Under the pieces are notes generated by a model that saw only the letters and a list, made by a program, of their open reading frames with translations, had not been told where the DNA came from and searched no databases. The position numbers and the translations under genes were made by a program. Source: Candidatus Poseidoniaceae archaeon (lineage in GTDB: Archaea > Thermoplasmatota > Poseidoniia > Poseidoniales > Poseidoniaceae). From it: a stretch of DNA of 64,000 nucleotides. Below are positions 55,311 through 63,545 of this stretch, piece by piece (positions within the stretch are counted from its first letter, which is position 1; each line of letters starts with the position of its first letter). The stretch is from contig CBFIJH010000001.1 of assembly GCA_965662895.1 (NCBI GenBank), positions 157,994 to 221,993 on the forward strand. Direction: 5' to 3'.

Positions 55311-56353
55311 AATGGATTTTTCCGATACACATCCCAAGGCTTGCTGCCACGCTTACGAAACATCGAAGTTCGCATGGATTTGAGAATGGTCCAGGCAAAT
55401 TTGAACGTACGTTTGATCGATTGGATGGGATGAAGCATGTACCAAAGAGGATTTTTCCATTCTCGTAGAGGATACCTCAGTTGACGAAGCATACCCGCAG
55501 GAATCTCTTCACTGACACCGTATTTCATTGGTCTTCGATTCTTTGGCATAAAGTACGTTCCAAACAATTGATCCCACACAGGAAGAAAAGTCGAGTAATT
55601 TGTCCATATGGCATCTCGCTCGTTTGTATGATGCCAGTGATGGAATTCAGGAGTAATGATGAGTCGATGCAACCACTTCAAGCGCCATCGAACATTGGCA
55701 TGGAGGAACAGTCCAAGAATCAGTTGTGCAGCAGCCAGCGCACCAGTTAATTCAAAGGAAAATCCTGCTGCTACCAAAAAGACAAATGCTGGTGCAAGAA
55801 TGGTTCCGTCCAATGGATGGCCACGGAATCCACTGGCCCAGTCCAAATGCTCAGTTGAGTGGTGAATGGCATGGAACTTCCAAAGGACCGGAATTTCATG
55901 ATAAAATCGATGCGTCCAGTACACGAGCATATCGAAGAGGAGAATGCCCAGTAGAGGCATGTACTGTTCAGGAATTTGCGCAACATACGGTCGAAGAAGA
56001 AGGCCTGGAATCCATGCCAAGCTGAGAACACCAACCACGATGGCAACAATTCCAGTAAGCAAACCAAGCAATGGTGAAGCCAAAGCGTAGCCTACATCGG
56101 TATCGAGATGAGGTCGTCGAATTTTTTGTCCTTTGTGGCGAGGGAACATCTTTTCGAACGGTACAACAAGGACAAAAAGCAACAACACAACGAAGATCCC
56201 TTCAACGGAGATGTATAATGCAACAGCGATTAAGGCGAGGGTAAGCAGTCGAAGAATCATCGAGACAAGGCGGGTTTTGAAACCAACTGTCTCTTCCATG
56301 GATGATTCATAGAATGAGCGATTAATAGAGATGTTTGGTTCATGAATCATCAC
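55307..56353 (-). CDS. Fatty-acid hydroxylase superfamily membrane protein (sterol desaturase/C-4 methyl oxidase-like).
   Basis: Histidine boxes HRFYHE, HAIHHS and HHWHH, with N-terminal TM helices. Confidence 0.65.
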   Translation of the reverse strand: MMIHEPNISINRSFYESSMEETVGFKTRLVSMILRLLTLALIAVALYISVEGIFVVLLLFVLVVPFEKMFPRHKGQKIRRPHLDTDVGYALASPLLGLLTGIVAIVVGVLSLAWIPGLLLRPYVAQIPEQYMPLLGILLFDMLVYWTHRFYHEIPVLWKFHAIHHSTEHLDWASGFRGHPLDGTILAPAFVFLVAAGFSFELTGALAAAQLILGLFLHANVRWRLKWLHRLIITPEFHHWHHTNERDAIWTNYSTFLPVWDQLFGTYFMPKNRRPMKYGVSEEIPAGMLRQLRYPLREWKNPLWYMLHPIQSIKRTFKFAWTILKSMRTSMFRKRGSKPWDVYRKNPF

Positions 56354-56387
56354 GAGAGGTGATATACCTCAATGGGCTAGTGGGAAC

Positions 56388-56570
56388 ATGGCATTCATGG
56401 CATGCTCAACCTGTCTCAGCATCCGCATCTACCCGTATATGGGTTTCATGACCGGACAACAGTATCAATGCCAAGATTGTGAAACCATTTCACCCATCGT
56501 GATTGAGTTTGACACAGAAGAGGATTTCAACGCGTTTCTCGAGGCTCGGCTCTCCGATCAGGAAGAGTGA
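56388..56570 (+). CDS. Small Cys-pair protein (possible zinc-binding).
   Basis: A 60-aa ORF with CSTC....CQDC. Weak support. Confidence 0.3.
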   Translation: MAFMACSTCLSIRIYPYMGFMTGQQYQCQDCETISPIVIEFDTEEDFNAFLEARLSDQEE

Positions 56571-57043
56571 AACCGGCCTGTAGAGGGTCATTATTGTCCC
56601 AATCTTCATATGTGAAGAGACCGAATTTTACAATGGATGGGATGCATATGATTGAGCGTAAGCAGGATGCACTACAAGGAGCAATGCTCCGAGCACTTAT
56701 GGCCGAACACCTTCGAGAAGAGCGAGAAAAGGTTCAGAATAAACCTGTCAAAGACGCGTCTTTTTCAGCGCTCGCAACACGTATTGTTGAAGATGTAAGA
56801 AACGCTACAACGCACAAATCTGCAGCTTCAAATGTCCTCTCCGAAATTGGTCTTGAAGCACCGAAAAAGTCCGTTGAGAATACACCTCTGCGTTATGTTG
56901 GACAACGCGCCAAGAAAATACCACTGAAGAAGCGAAGAGTTCGGAAAGTCAAGCGCACATCGCAAGTTCCTGCTGCGACTCGTTCACGACCTCCGGTCGG
57001 TCACGAACGAGCCAAAAGAAACCTTCGAGTCCCCCGCACCTAA
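56567..57043 (+). CDS. Basic hypothetical protein with a Lys/Arg-rich C-terminus.
   Basis: C-terminal KKIPLKKRRVRKVKRTS...RAKRNLRVPRT. The start is probably an internal Met (MDGMHMIERK..). Confidence 0.35.
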   Translation: MKPACRGSLLSQSSYVKRPNFTMDGMHMIERKQDALQGAMLRALMAEHLREEREKVQNKPVKDASFSALATRIVEDVRNATTHKSAASNVLSEIGLEAPKKSVENTPLRYVGQRAKKIPLKKRRVRKVKRTSQVPAATRSRPPVGHERAKRNLRVPRT

Positions 57044-57090
57044 GACCAACGGTCAAAAAGGGACAACCCTGCGCTCTGCTAGGTGCGACC

Positions 57091-58287
57091 ATGAATGACC
57101 TTGCCAATCCGAGCGAAGAGCATCAAATGCTTCGAGAAATGATTCGTGACTTTGTACAGGAGTTCGTCGAACCACAAGCCCATGAGTACGATAAGAAAGA
57201 ACAATTCAACATTGAATTGTTTCGAGAACTCGGAGATCTTGGACTGCTTGGAATTACGGTTCCAGAAGAATATGGTGGTGCTGGCCTTGATGCGGTTGCC
57301 GCGACCATAGCACACGAGGAACTCTCGTATTCAGACGTTGGGTTCGCACTTGCTTACTTAGCCCACTCAATGCTCTTTGTCAACAATTTAGCATACAATG
57401 GGTCCGAAGAACAAAAGCGTCGTATCCTCCCAAAGGTTTGCTCGGGTGAGTGGATTGGAGCCATGGCCATGTCGGAACCCGATGCAGGGACGGATGTTCT
57501 CGGATTGTCAACAACTGCAGAAAGGAACGGTGATGGTGATTGGGTTCTCAACGGACGAAAGATGTGGATTACCAACGGATGCATCGATGACCAAGGCACA
57601 CCTGCAGACATTGTTTGGGTCTATGCTAGAACAGGTCATGATGAACATGGGCGCGTCAAACTCTCGACCTTCCTCGTTGAGAAAGGCATGCCTGGATTCA
57701 GCGTAGGCCAGAAGATCTTCGATAAGACTGGAATGCGGGCCTCAAACACGGCCGAACTCGTTTTTGATGACTGCATTGTTCCTGCTGGAAACCTTGTTGG
57801 TGAAGAAGGAGGCTCCTTGCTTCACATGATGGGTAACCTCGAAATTGAGCGTCTTACACTTGCTGGCATGTCGGTTGGCATTGCACGACGTTGTCTCCAT
57901 GAAATGAACAAATACGCTACGGAAAGAGAAGCATTCGGTGTCCAAATTCGATCCTTTGGACAGATGCAACGTCACATCGGAGAATCATGGGCAAAGTACC
58001 GAGCTATGCGTGCTTATGTCTACGATACAGCCAACAACATTCAACTCGGAAAATCAGGTCAACGCCTCGATTCCGATGGAGTCAAGTTGTTTGCGACAAC
58101 GGCTGCAAAGGAAATTGCCGATGCTGCAATCCAGGTCATGGGCGGCTACGGATATGTTGCAGAATACCACGTTGAGCGACTGTGGCGTGACTCCAAACTC
58201 CTCGAAATCGGTGGAGGAACACTCGAATCGCATCAAAAGAACATCACTCGTGATCTTGCAAAAGATTCTGAAGCAATCAATCGATGA
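57091..58287 (+). CDS. Acyl-CoA dehydrogenase (isovaleryl/short-branched-chain type).
   Basis: GAMAMSEPDAGTDV, WITNG and the C-terminal YVAEYHVERLWRDSKLLEIGGGT, a typical ACAD catalytic-Glu region. Confidence 0.9.
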   Translation: MNDLANPSEEHQMLREMIRDFVQEFVEPQAHEYDKKEQFNIELFRELGDLGLLGITVPEEYGGAGLDAVAATIAHEELSYSDVGFALAYLAHSMLFVNNLAYNGSEEQKRRILPKVCSGEWIGAMAMSEPDAGTDVLGLSTTAERNGDGDWVLNGRKMWITNGCIDDQGTPADIVWVYARTGHDEHGRVKLSTFLVEKGMPGFSVGQKIFDKTGMRASNTAELVFDDCIVPAGNLVGEEGGSLLHMMGNLEIERLTLAGMSVGIARRCLHEMNKYATEREAFGVQIRSFGQMQRHIGESWAKYRAMRAYVYDTANNIQLGKSGQRLDSDGVKLFATTAAKEIADAAIQVMGGYGYVAEYHVERLWRDSKLLEIGGGTLESHQKNITRDLAKDSEAINR

Positions 58288-59194
58288 CTTCGTTGGTCTC
58301 TTTGATACCAACCATTTGCTTCGTCATACGCCATGCGGATGTTATCATACTCACACCAATGATGGCCGCTGAGGCGAGAACTGTTGTCCAGACCCAAGCG
58401 CTTGAGATGGTTGACAGAGATTCTTCAGAAAGAAGCATTCCCATCATTGCTGCCATAGCAATCGCCAATGCGATTTGAATTCTGTAAAGAATTGGTACAG
58501 TTAGTACCGTCCCCACACGAGCCATTCTAAAGAAGAGAAACATCGACCACGAAAATACACCGACTGTCCACAACAATATGCTCGGATCATATTTGTTCAA
58601 CAAAAGAATATCATTGTCTCGTAGATAACCATCTGCAGAAAACAATGAGACCAGCAAGAGAAGCGATGCTCCCATTATGTTGAGAACCTCAATCAGTACA
58701 TTCCCACTTCTGACCTCTCTTCGTTCCGGTTTTTCAATTGGTTCTAAATTTTCAATCGTTGTTATTGGAGCGTCTTTGGTCACTGCAGTTCCCAACTTGG
58801 TTAGGCGCCTCTCAAGCATATCAAGTCGTTCACTTAGACGGACCATCTCCTCAACAATCTGGATTTGTGCTTCATTTTGGGAATTTAATAATTCAAATTG
58901 TTGTGCATCGACTTCAGGTAAAATCATCATAGGAGGGGTCGAATCAATGTAACCATCATCTTTAATTTCCGATTTAATTGATTCAAGTTTGGCTTCCTTT
59001 TTGTTTTTTGATCGTTCTTTGGACTCAATGACTTTGCTCTGAATCGCACTGGTCGTGTTCTCAATTCCTGATTTCGTTGCACTCGCAGCCCGTTTTGAGA
59101 GGTCTGCGATTTGGACTTTGGTCTTCTGAAGGAAATCCATGATTGAACTCTGTTTCTGAGCGTCTTCCTCCATGTTTAGGGCAGGTTGCTGCAT
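58277..59194 (-). CDS. Coiled-coil protein with a C-terminal 4-TM membrane domain; hypothetical.
   Basis: The N-terminal 170 aa are helical and acidic with heptad-like spacing, followed by four hydrophobic helices. Confidence 0.45.
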   Translation of the reverse strand: MQQPALNMEEDAQKQSSIMDFLQKTKVQIADLSKRAASATKSGIENTTSAIQSKVIESKERSKNKKEAKLESIKSEIKDDGYIDSTPPMMILPEVDAQQFELLNSQNEAQIQIVEEMVRLSERLDMLERRLTKLGTAVTKDAPITTIENLEPIEKPERREVRSGNVLIEVLNIMGASLLLLVSLFSADGYLRDNDILLLNKYDPSILLWTVGVFSWSMFLFFRMARVGTVLTVPILYRIQIALAIAMAAMMGMLLSEESLSTISSAWVWTTVLASAAIIGVSMITSAWRMTKQMVGIKETNEVID

Positions 59195-59211
59195 CTATTA
59201 GGAGATTCTGA

Positions 59212-59823
59212 TTAATACTCAACAGGAATCGGGTCAAGCGTTCTCCAGAGATACCACGATGCCATGGTTCGATAGGGCGCCCAGCGTTTTGCAACTTCTT
59301 CTGCTTCATCCATGGTTTCAACCTCAGGAAACAATCGCTTGATTCCATTCACCAAACCGATGTCTTTTGGACTGTAAATGTCGGGAAGAAGCAATGCGAA
59401 AATCATCACCATTTCCGCTGTCCATGGTCCCACCCCCTTGAATTGGATGAGATGTTTCCGTATCTCTTGTTCCGTCGATTCTGAAAACGGAAATTGAAGA
59501 AGTTCTTCAGAATCATTGGCCAAACCAAGAATGTAACCGCTCTTTGGACGAGTTATGCCGCATGATGCAATCTCTTCTTTGGTGAATTGACGGACGTTTT
59601 CTGGAGTGACCTTTTCGACCATCACCTCAAATCGATTCCAAATGCTTTCAGCTGCAACGACGCTGATTTGTTGGCCGATGATGGAGCGTACAATCGTGTA
59701 GAACAAATCGCCACGCCCCTCCAGACCTTTTTTCCCGTATGTTGCAATACAATCGCCCATAATTGGATCATCGGAAAAATGTTCGAGAGCATCGTTCCAC
59801 CAATCCGGTTCTCCCTTCAGCAT
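59212..59823 (-). CDS. HhH-GPD DNA glycosylase (AlkA/3-methyladenine glycosylase II-like).
   Basis: Helix-hairpin-helix followed by a Gly/Pro-rich loop: LIQFKGVGPWTAEMV with a conserved Asp in LLPDIYSPKD. Confidence 0.7.
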   Translation of the reverse strand: MLKGEPDWWNDALEHFSDDPIMGDCIATYGKKGLEGRGDLFYTIVRSIIGQQISVVAAESIWNRFEVMVEKVTPENVRQFTKEEIASCGITRPKSGYILGLANDSEELLQFPFSESTEQEIRKHLIQFKGVGPWTAEMVMIFALLLPDIYSPKDIGLVNGIKRLFPEVETMDEAEEVAKRWAPYRTMASWYLWRTLDPIPVEY

Positions 59824-59873
59824 GAATCAACCAAAGACAGAGAGGTTTTGAGTTCTCGTCAACTGCCACAACC

Positions 59874-60350
59874 ATGCGAGAAGAACTTCTTACGCTTCTA
59901 CAACTGAAAGATCTTCCACGAACAGGTTGGGTTCGTGCAGGTGTTGGCAATCCAGAATCCGTTGCTGCACATTCATGGGGAATGGCTGTCCTCGCTCTGC
60001 GTTTATGCCCCGAGCATCTCGATCTTTCGAAGGTTCTCTCGATGTGTCTTGTTCATGATGTAGCCGAGGTTGTTGTTGGCGACCTTACGCCACACGATGC
60101 CATCAAAGGGCAAGAGAAGCATGAACTTGAACGAGCAGCAATGCTCAAAATCGCGCCTCAATGGATTGACCTATTCGATGAATACGAACAAGGGGTGAGT
60201 CAAGAGGCGCAATTTGTCAAAACCATGGACAAACTCGACATGGGCTTGCAAGCCGTAAACTACCAACAACAAGGCCTTGATTTGAGCGAATTCATCGCCA
60301 GTGCACGCTCAAGAACAGACGAAACGGAATTCGCATCTCTGCTTGATTGA
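59874..60350 (+). CDS. HD-domain 5'-deoxynucleotidase, YfbR-like.
   Basis: LKDLPRTGWVRAGVGNPESVAAHSWGMAVLA and LVHDVAEVVVGDLTPHD (HD motif). Confidence 0.7.
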   Translation: MREELLTLLQLKDLPRTGWVRAGVGNPESVAAHSWGMAVLALRLCPEHLDLSKVLSMCLVHDVAEVVVGDLTPHDAIKGQEKHELERAAMLKIAPQWIDLFDEYEQGVSQEAQFVKTMDKLDMGLQAVNYQQQGLDLSEFIASARSRTDETEFASLLD

Positions 60351-60400
60351 GGCCTACAAGCCGACAAGGACAAAAACAAGAACATCCGCCCACGGACTAC

Positions 60401-60473
60401 AGCCCGATGGTGTAGTGGTCCATCATGGTGGGTTTTGGTCCCGCCGACCTCGGTTCGAATCCGAGTCGGGCTA
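60401..60473 (+). tRNA. tRNA-Gln (anticodon UUG).
   Basis: Manually folded. Acceptor AGCCCGA/UCGGGCU, with an A1-U72 base pair. Anticodon stem GUGGG/CCCGC with loop UU-UUG-GU. T-arm CUCGG-UUCGAAU-CCGAG. 4-nt variable loop, discriminator A, no encoded CCA. D-stem pairing is imperfect. Confidence 0.7.
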
Positions 60474-60521
60474 CTTTCCCACATACGCAACTTCATCAAT
60501 CGCTTGCGTTTCGACCTTTAC

Positions 60522-61370
60522 ATGGCAATTCAGAACATCGCCGTTCTTGGCGCAGGACAAATGGGGAATGGAATCACACAAGTTGCAGCAGCAGCTGGTT
60601 ACAACGTGACCATGATCGATATTGAACAAGAATACGTTGACAAGGGTCTTGCAACCATCGAACGATCACTCAGCAAGCTTGTCGCGAAAGAACGCATGTC
60701 CCAAGAGGATGCGGATGCAACACTCGCTCGAATCTCACTCTCAACCGACCGTGCGGATTGCGCTGACTGTGACCTTGTGGTCGAAGCAGTTCCAGAGATT
60801 GTAGACTTGAAGACATCCATCTTTGCGGAACTCGATTCGATTTGCAAACCTGAAACCATTCTTGCTTCGAATACCTCATCGATTTCCATCAGCACCATTG
60901 CAGAGGCAACCAATCGTCCCGACAAGGTCATCGGTATGCACTTCATGAATCCCGTTCCAATCATGAAGTTGGTTGAAGTCATCAATGGCAACAAGACCAG
61001 TACAGAAACCAACGCTGCTGTCATCGAAGCATCCGAAAAGATGGGCAAGATTGCTCTTTCTTGCAACGACTCACCAGGATTTGTATCGAACAGAATCCTT
61101 TGCCCAATGCTTAACGAAGCCATTCTCACCTTGCAAGAAGGCGTTGCAGAACCTGAAGCCATTGATGGTATCATGAAGTTGGGAATGAACCATCCTATCG
61201 GTCCACTCGCTCTCTCAGATTTGATCGGGCTCGATACCGTCCTTCACATCATGAACGTTCTTTATGAAGGACTCAAGCAAGAGAAGTACGCACCTGCACC
61301 TCTTCTCATCCAAATGGTTGAGGAAGGCAAACTCGGTCGCAAGACCGGTGAAGGCTTCTACACGTACTGA
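60522..61370 (+). CDS. hbd: 3-hydroxyacyl-CoA (3-hydroxybutyryl-CoA) dehydrogenase.
   Basis: [14 protein letters not shown] Rossmann motif and C-terminal [15 protein letters not shown]. Start at the ATG at 60522; the upstream extension overlaps the tRNA. Confidence 0.9.
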   Translation: MAIQNIAVLGAGQMGNGITQVAAAAGYNVTMIDIEQEYVDKGLATIERSLSKLVAKERMSQEDADATLARISLSTDRADCADCDLVVEAVPEIVDLKTSIFAELDSICKPETILASNTSSISISTIAEATNRPDKVIGMHFMNPVPIMKLVEVINGNKTSTETNAAVIEASEKMGKIALSCNDSPGFVSNRILCPMLNEAILTLQEGVAEPEAIDGIMKLGMNHPIGPLALSDLIGLDTVLHIMNVLYEGLKQEKYAPAPLLIQMVEEGKLGRKTGEGFYTY

Positions 61371-61372
61371 AC

Positions 61373-61729
61373 TCAATCTTGTCCAACAAGCTTGTAGTCA
61401 TCAGACAGAGGTGTTGCACCTGTTTCCATCGAAATGATTTTTCCGTCCTTGAAACGAATGAAGGAAAGAACAGCTTCTGAATCTGAATCGTTGGCAAAGT
61501 GAACAATGGAATGCGCAACAGCGACTTCTTCATTTTCAAACAAAACTCGGTCGTTCTCAGAGGAGGTGTGTCCAGATCCTGCAAATTGCATCATATCGGA
61601 CTTCCCCATGGTCACGCCACCGACGTGCGGGTTGAACACGAAATCTTCGTGAACAAGTGCATCCAGTGCTTCTTTGTCTCCAGTTTTCCAGGCTTCGTTG
61701 TATGCAGCAATAATCGACATGAATCTCAC
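61373..61729 (-). CDS. NTF2-like (SnoaL/ketosteroid-isomerase-fold) small protein.
   Basis: 118 aa. The N-terminal IIAAYNEAWKTGDKEALDALVHEDFVF is typical of NTF2-like domains. Confidence 0.5.
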   Translation of the reverse strand: MRFMSIIAAYNEAWKTGDKEALDALVHEDFVFNPHVGGVTMGKSDMMQFAGSGHTSSENDRVLFENEEVAVAHSIVHFANDSDSEAVLSFIRFKDGKIISMETGATPLSDDYKLVGQD

Positions 61730-61845
61730 TCACGCTCCTAGTGTATAAGCAGAACGCTATAATTTGATTAGAATATATTCCAAACGACATGGTTTAGACT
61801 CACAAGGAAATGTGTTCGAAATTACCTAATGAAGCGAATTTGATT

Positions 61846-61888
61846 AAATAAAAAAAGGCCCCTGCACACATCGGAATGTGTGCAGGGG
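61846..61888 (-). terminator. Intrinsic-terminator-like hairpin plus a U-tract downstream of the pilin-like gene.
   Basis: A perfect 12-bp inverted repeat CCCCTGCACACA-tcggaa-TGTGTGCAGGGG at 61859-61888. On the minus strand it is followed by TTTTTTTATTT (61846-61856). Confidence 0.45.
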
Positions 61889-61960
61889 CGGCTTTGCGCA
61901 TGTGTACATGCACAATTTTCCTTGCAGGCAAGGAATCAACGTTTCTTAGCAACACTTGGT

Positions 61961-63400
61961 TCAGTTTTCTGCACCAGGAGTTGGGCCAGTTGTGTATCCC
62001 CAAACTCCTGTGTTGTCCATGACGTAGACATCATCGGAAGTATCTGGAAGTGCACCTGATCCATGGATAAGGTCACCCGATGAGGTGTACAAAGAAGCAG
62101 AATCATCGCCTCCAATGCCGAAGGCAAATTGCGCATCTCCACTTGTCGAATCATCATTGCACAGGAGCATGTATTCTCCCGCAGCAAGTGAGGTGCCAGA
62201 TGCAAACGTGTACTGGTCTTCATCTCCGAATCCTTTGGAGTCAACAACGACCATGCCAGACAAATCCATAGAGGATGCTCCGTAGTTCCAGATTTCGATC
62301 CAGTCTTCGGTGTCTCCACTGCCATCAGAGTTCAAGCAAGTTCCAGCACTTCCCTTGTTTGCAACTTCGTTGATTACGAGGGTGGTTGCATAACAGTTGT
62401 TTGCAGCACCTGGTGTTGAACCGTGTGGTCCCGAAGTTTGGACGCCGTTTGAACAATCAAATTCAGTTGAACCTGCTTCGTCTCCAAGTGTGTCGTAGTC
62501 CGTTTCAGTGCCATCAGGAGCCCTTAGGTGAACAGTGTCGCCACTGCCCTTGATACCAAATCCAAAGACTTGGGAATCAGCACCACTGCATACGCCTTCA
62601 CAGAACCACATGTAACCGTTCGCGGAAATTGTATCTCCACTCACGAAAACGATGCGCTCATCGCACTTGGATGTCCCTACTCCGCCAATGGCGTCACAGT
62701 CTTCCTTGACGCCCTTGTCGTAAATTTGGAAACCGTCAAGATCGCACTCAGCACCTGAGTTGTGGATTTCAATCCAGTCCTCTGGAGCACCGCCACCATG
62801 CATCTCTGAGATGGTGATTGCAGATGCAGTACATGCTGGCGTGCCTGATGTTGAGCCTCCAGTTGTTCCGCCAGTGTTGCCACCTGTGTTTCCTCCAAGT
62901 CCAGCAAGGGTTATTTCTGTGCTTTCATAGATGAGTTTGTTTGATGCTCGGTCGAGGACCTTCACTTGAATTAAACAGACTCCTCCACCATCGCAAAGGT
63001 TGTCTGTTCCTTCGCTAATGGTTACTTCTTCGCCAAAAGTCCACTTGCCATCGTTGTTGTCCGTTACTGCACAAACTGTTTCAACAGATTTGCCTGGGTT
63101 TGTACACTCCGTGTAGGAACTATCTTCAGCAGAGAGTTGGACGACGACAGTCGACCATGAGAGATCTTCACCTGCCTCCATCGATACGTAGGCAAGTGCT
63201 TCGCCTGAATCGCTTGACAACGACGTTCCAGAATCCCTGACTTCGAAGTCATACATCGAGAAGTCACCGTCTGTGTTTCCTTCTGCTAGCTGCGATGCCC
63301 AGACGTAGAGTACGCCAGACAACACAACAGTGATTGCAACCATCAAAATCGTTGCAATAACTGGGCTAACCGCTTTTTCATTCATTTTCATTTCTTTCAT
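61961..63400 (-). CDS. Archaeal type IV pilin-like surface protein: class III signal peptide, pilin N-terminal helix and two lamin-tail (LTD) domains.
   Basis: The N-terminal MKEMKMNEKAVSPVIATILMVAITVVLSGVLYVW matches the archaeal pilin N-terminal domain with a prepilin peptidase site before VSPVIAT. The LTD-like motifs are GGAPEDWIEIHNSGAECDLDGFQIYDKG and GDTEDWIEIWNYGASSMDLSGMVVVDSKG. Confidence 0.65.
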   Translation of the reverse strand: MKEMKMNEKAVSPVIATILMVAITVVLSGVLYVWASQLAEGNTDGDFSMYDFEVRDSGTSLSSDSGEALAYVSMEAGEDLSWSTVVVQLSAEDSSYTECTNPGKSVETVCAVTDNNDGKWTFGEEVTISEGTDNLCDGGGVCLIQVKVLDRASNKLIYESTEITLAGLGGNTGGNTGGTTGGSTSGTPACTASAITISEMHGGGAPEDWIEIHNSGAECDLDGFQIYDKGVKEDCDAIGGVGTSKCDERIVFVSGDTISANGYMWFCEGVCSGADSQVFGFGIKGSGDTVHLRAPDGTETDYDTLGDEAGSTEFDCSNGVQTSGPHGSTPGAANNCYATTLVINEVANKGSAGTCLNSDGSGDTEDWIEIWNYGASSMDLSGMVVVDSKGFGDEDQYTFASGTSLAAGEYMLLCNDDSTSGDAQFAFGIGGDDSASLYTSSGDLIHGSGALPDTSDDVYVMDNTGVWGYTTGPTPGAEN

Positions 63401-63545
63401 TTTTGTTCACCTGAGAACTATTTCTCCAAGTCGTCTAAAGATTCCTCACATGTTTGGTCTAGAACCATTTATTTTACATATACATATATTGTAGTAATGA
63501 GAATAAATAGAATACCATGGCCTAGTAGTAGATTATAGAGACAAC

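Noticed and set aside
60599-61174. A 191-aa minus-strand ORF inside hbd.
   Set aside because: It is antisense to the strongly supported 3-hydroxyacyl-CoA dehydrogenase gene.
61905-61945. Secondary palindromes GCATGTGTACATGC and CCTTGCAGGCAAGG in the 61730-61960 spacer, considered as possible ncRNA or an operator.
   Set aside because: They are short and imperfect. They are plausibly part of the promoter/terminator context of the two flanking minus-strand genes. There is no evidence of an independent structured RNA.
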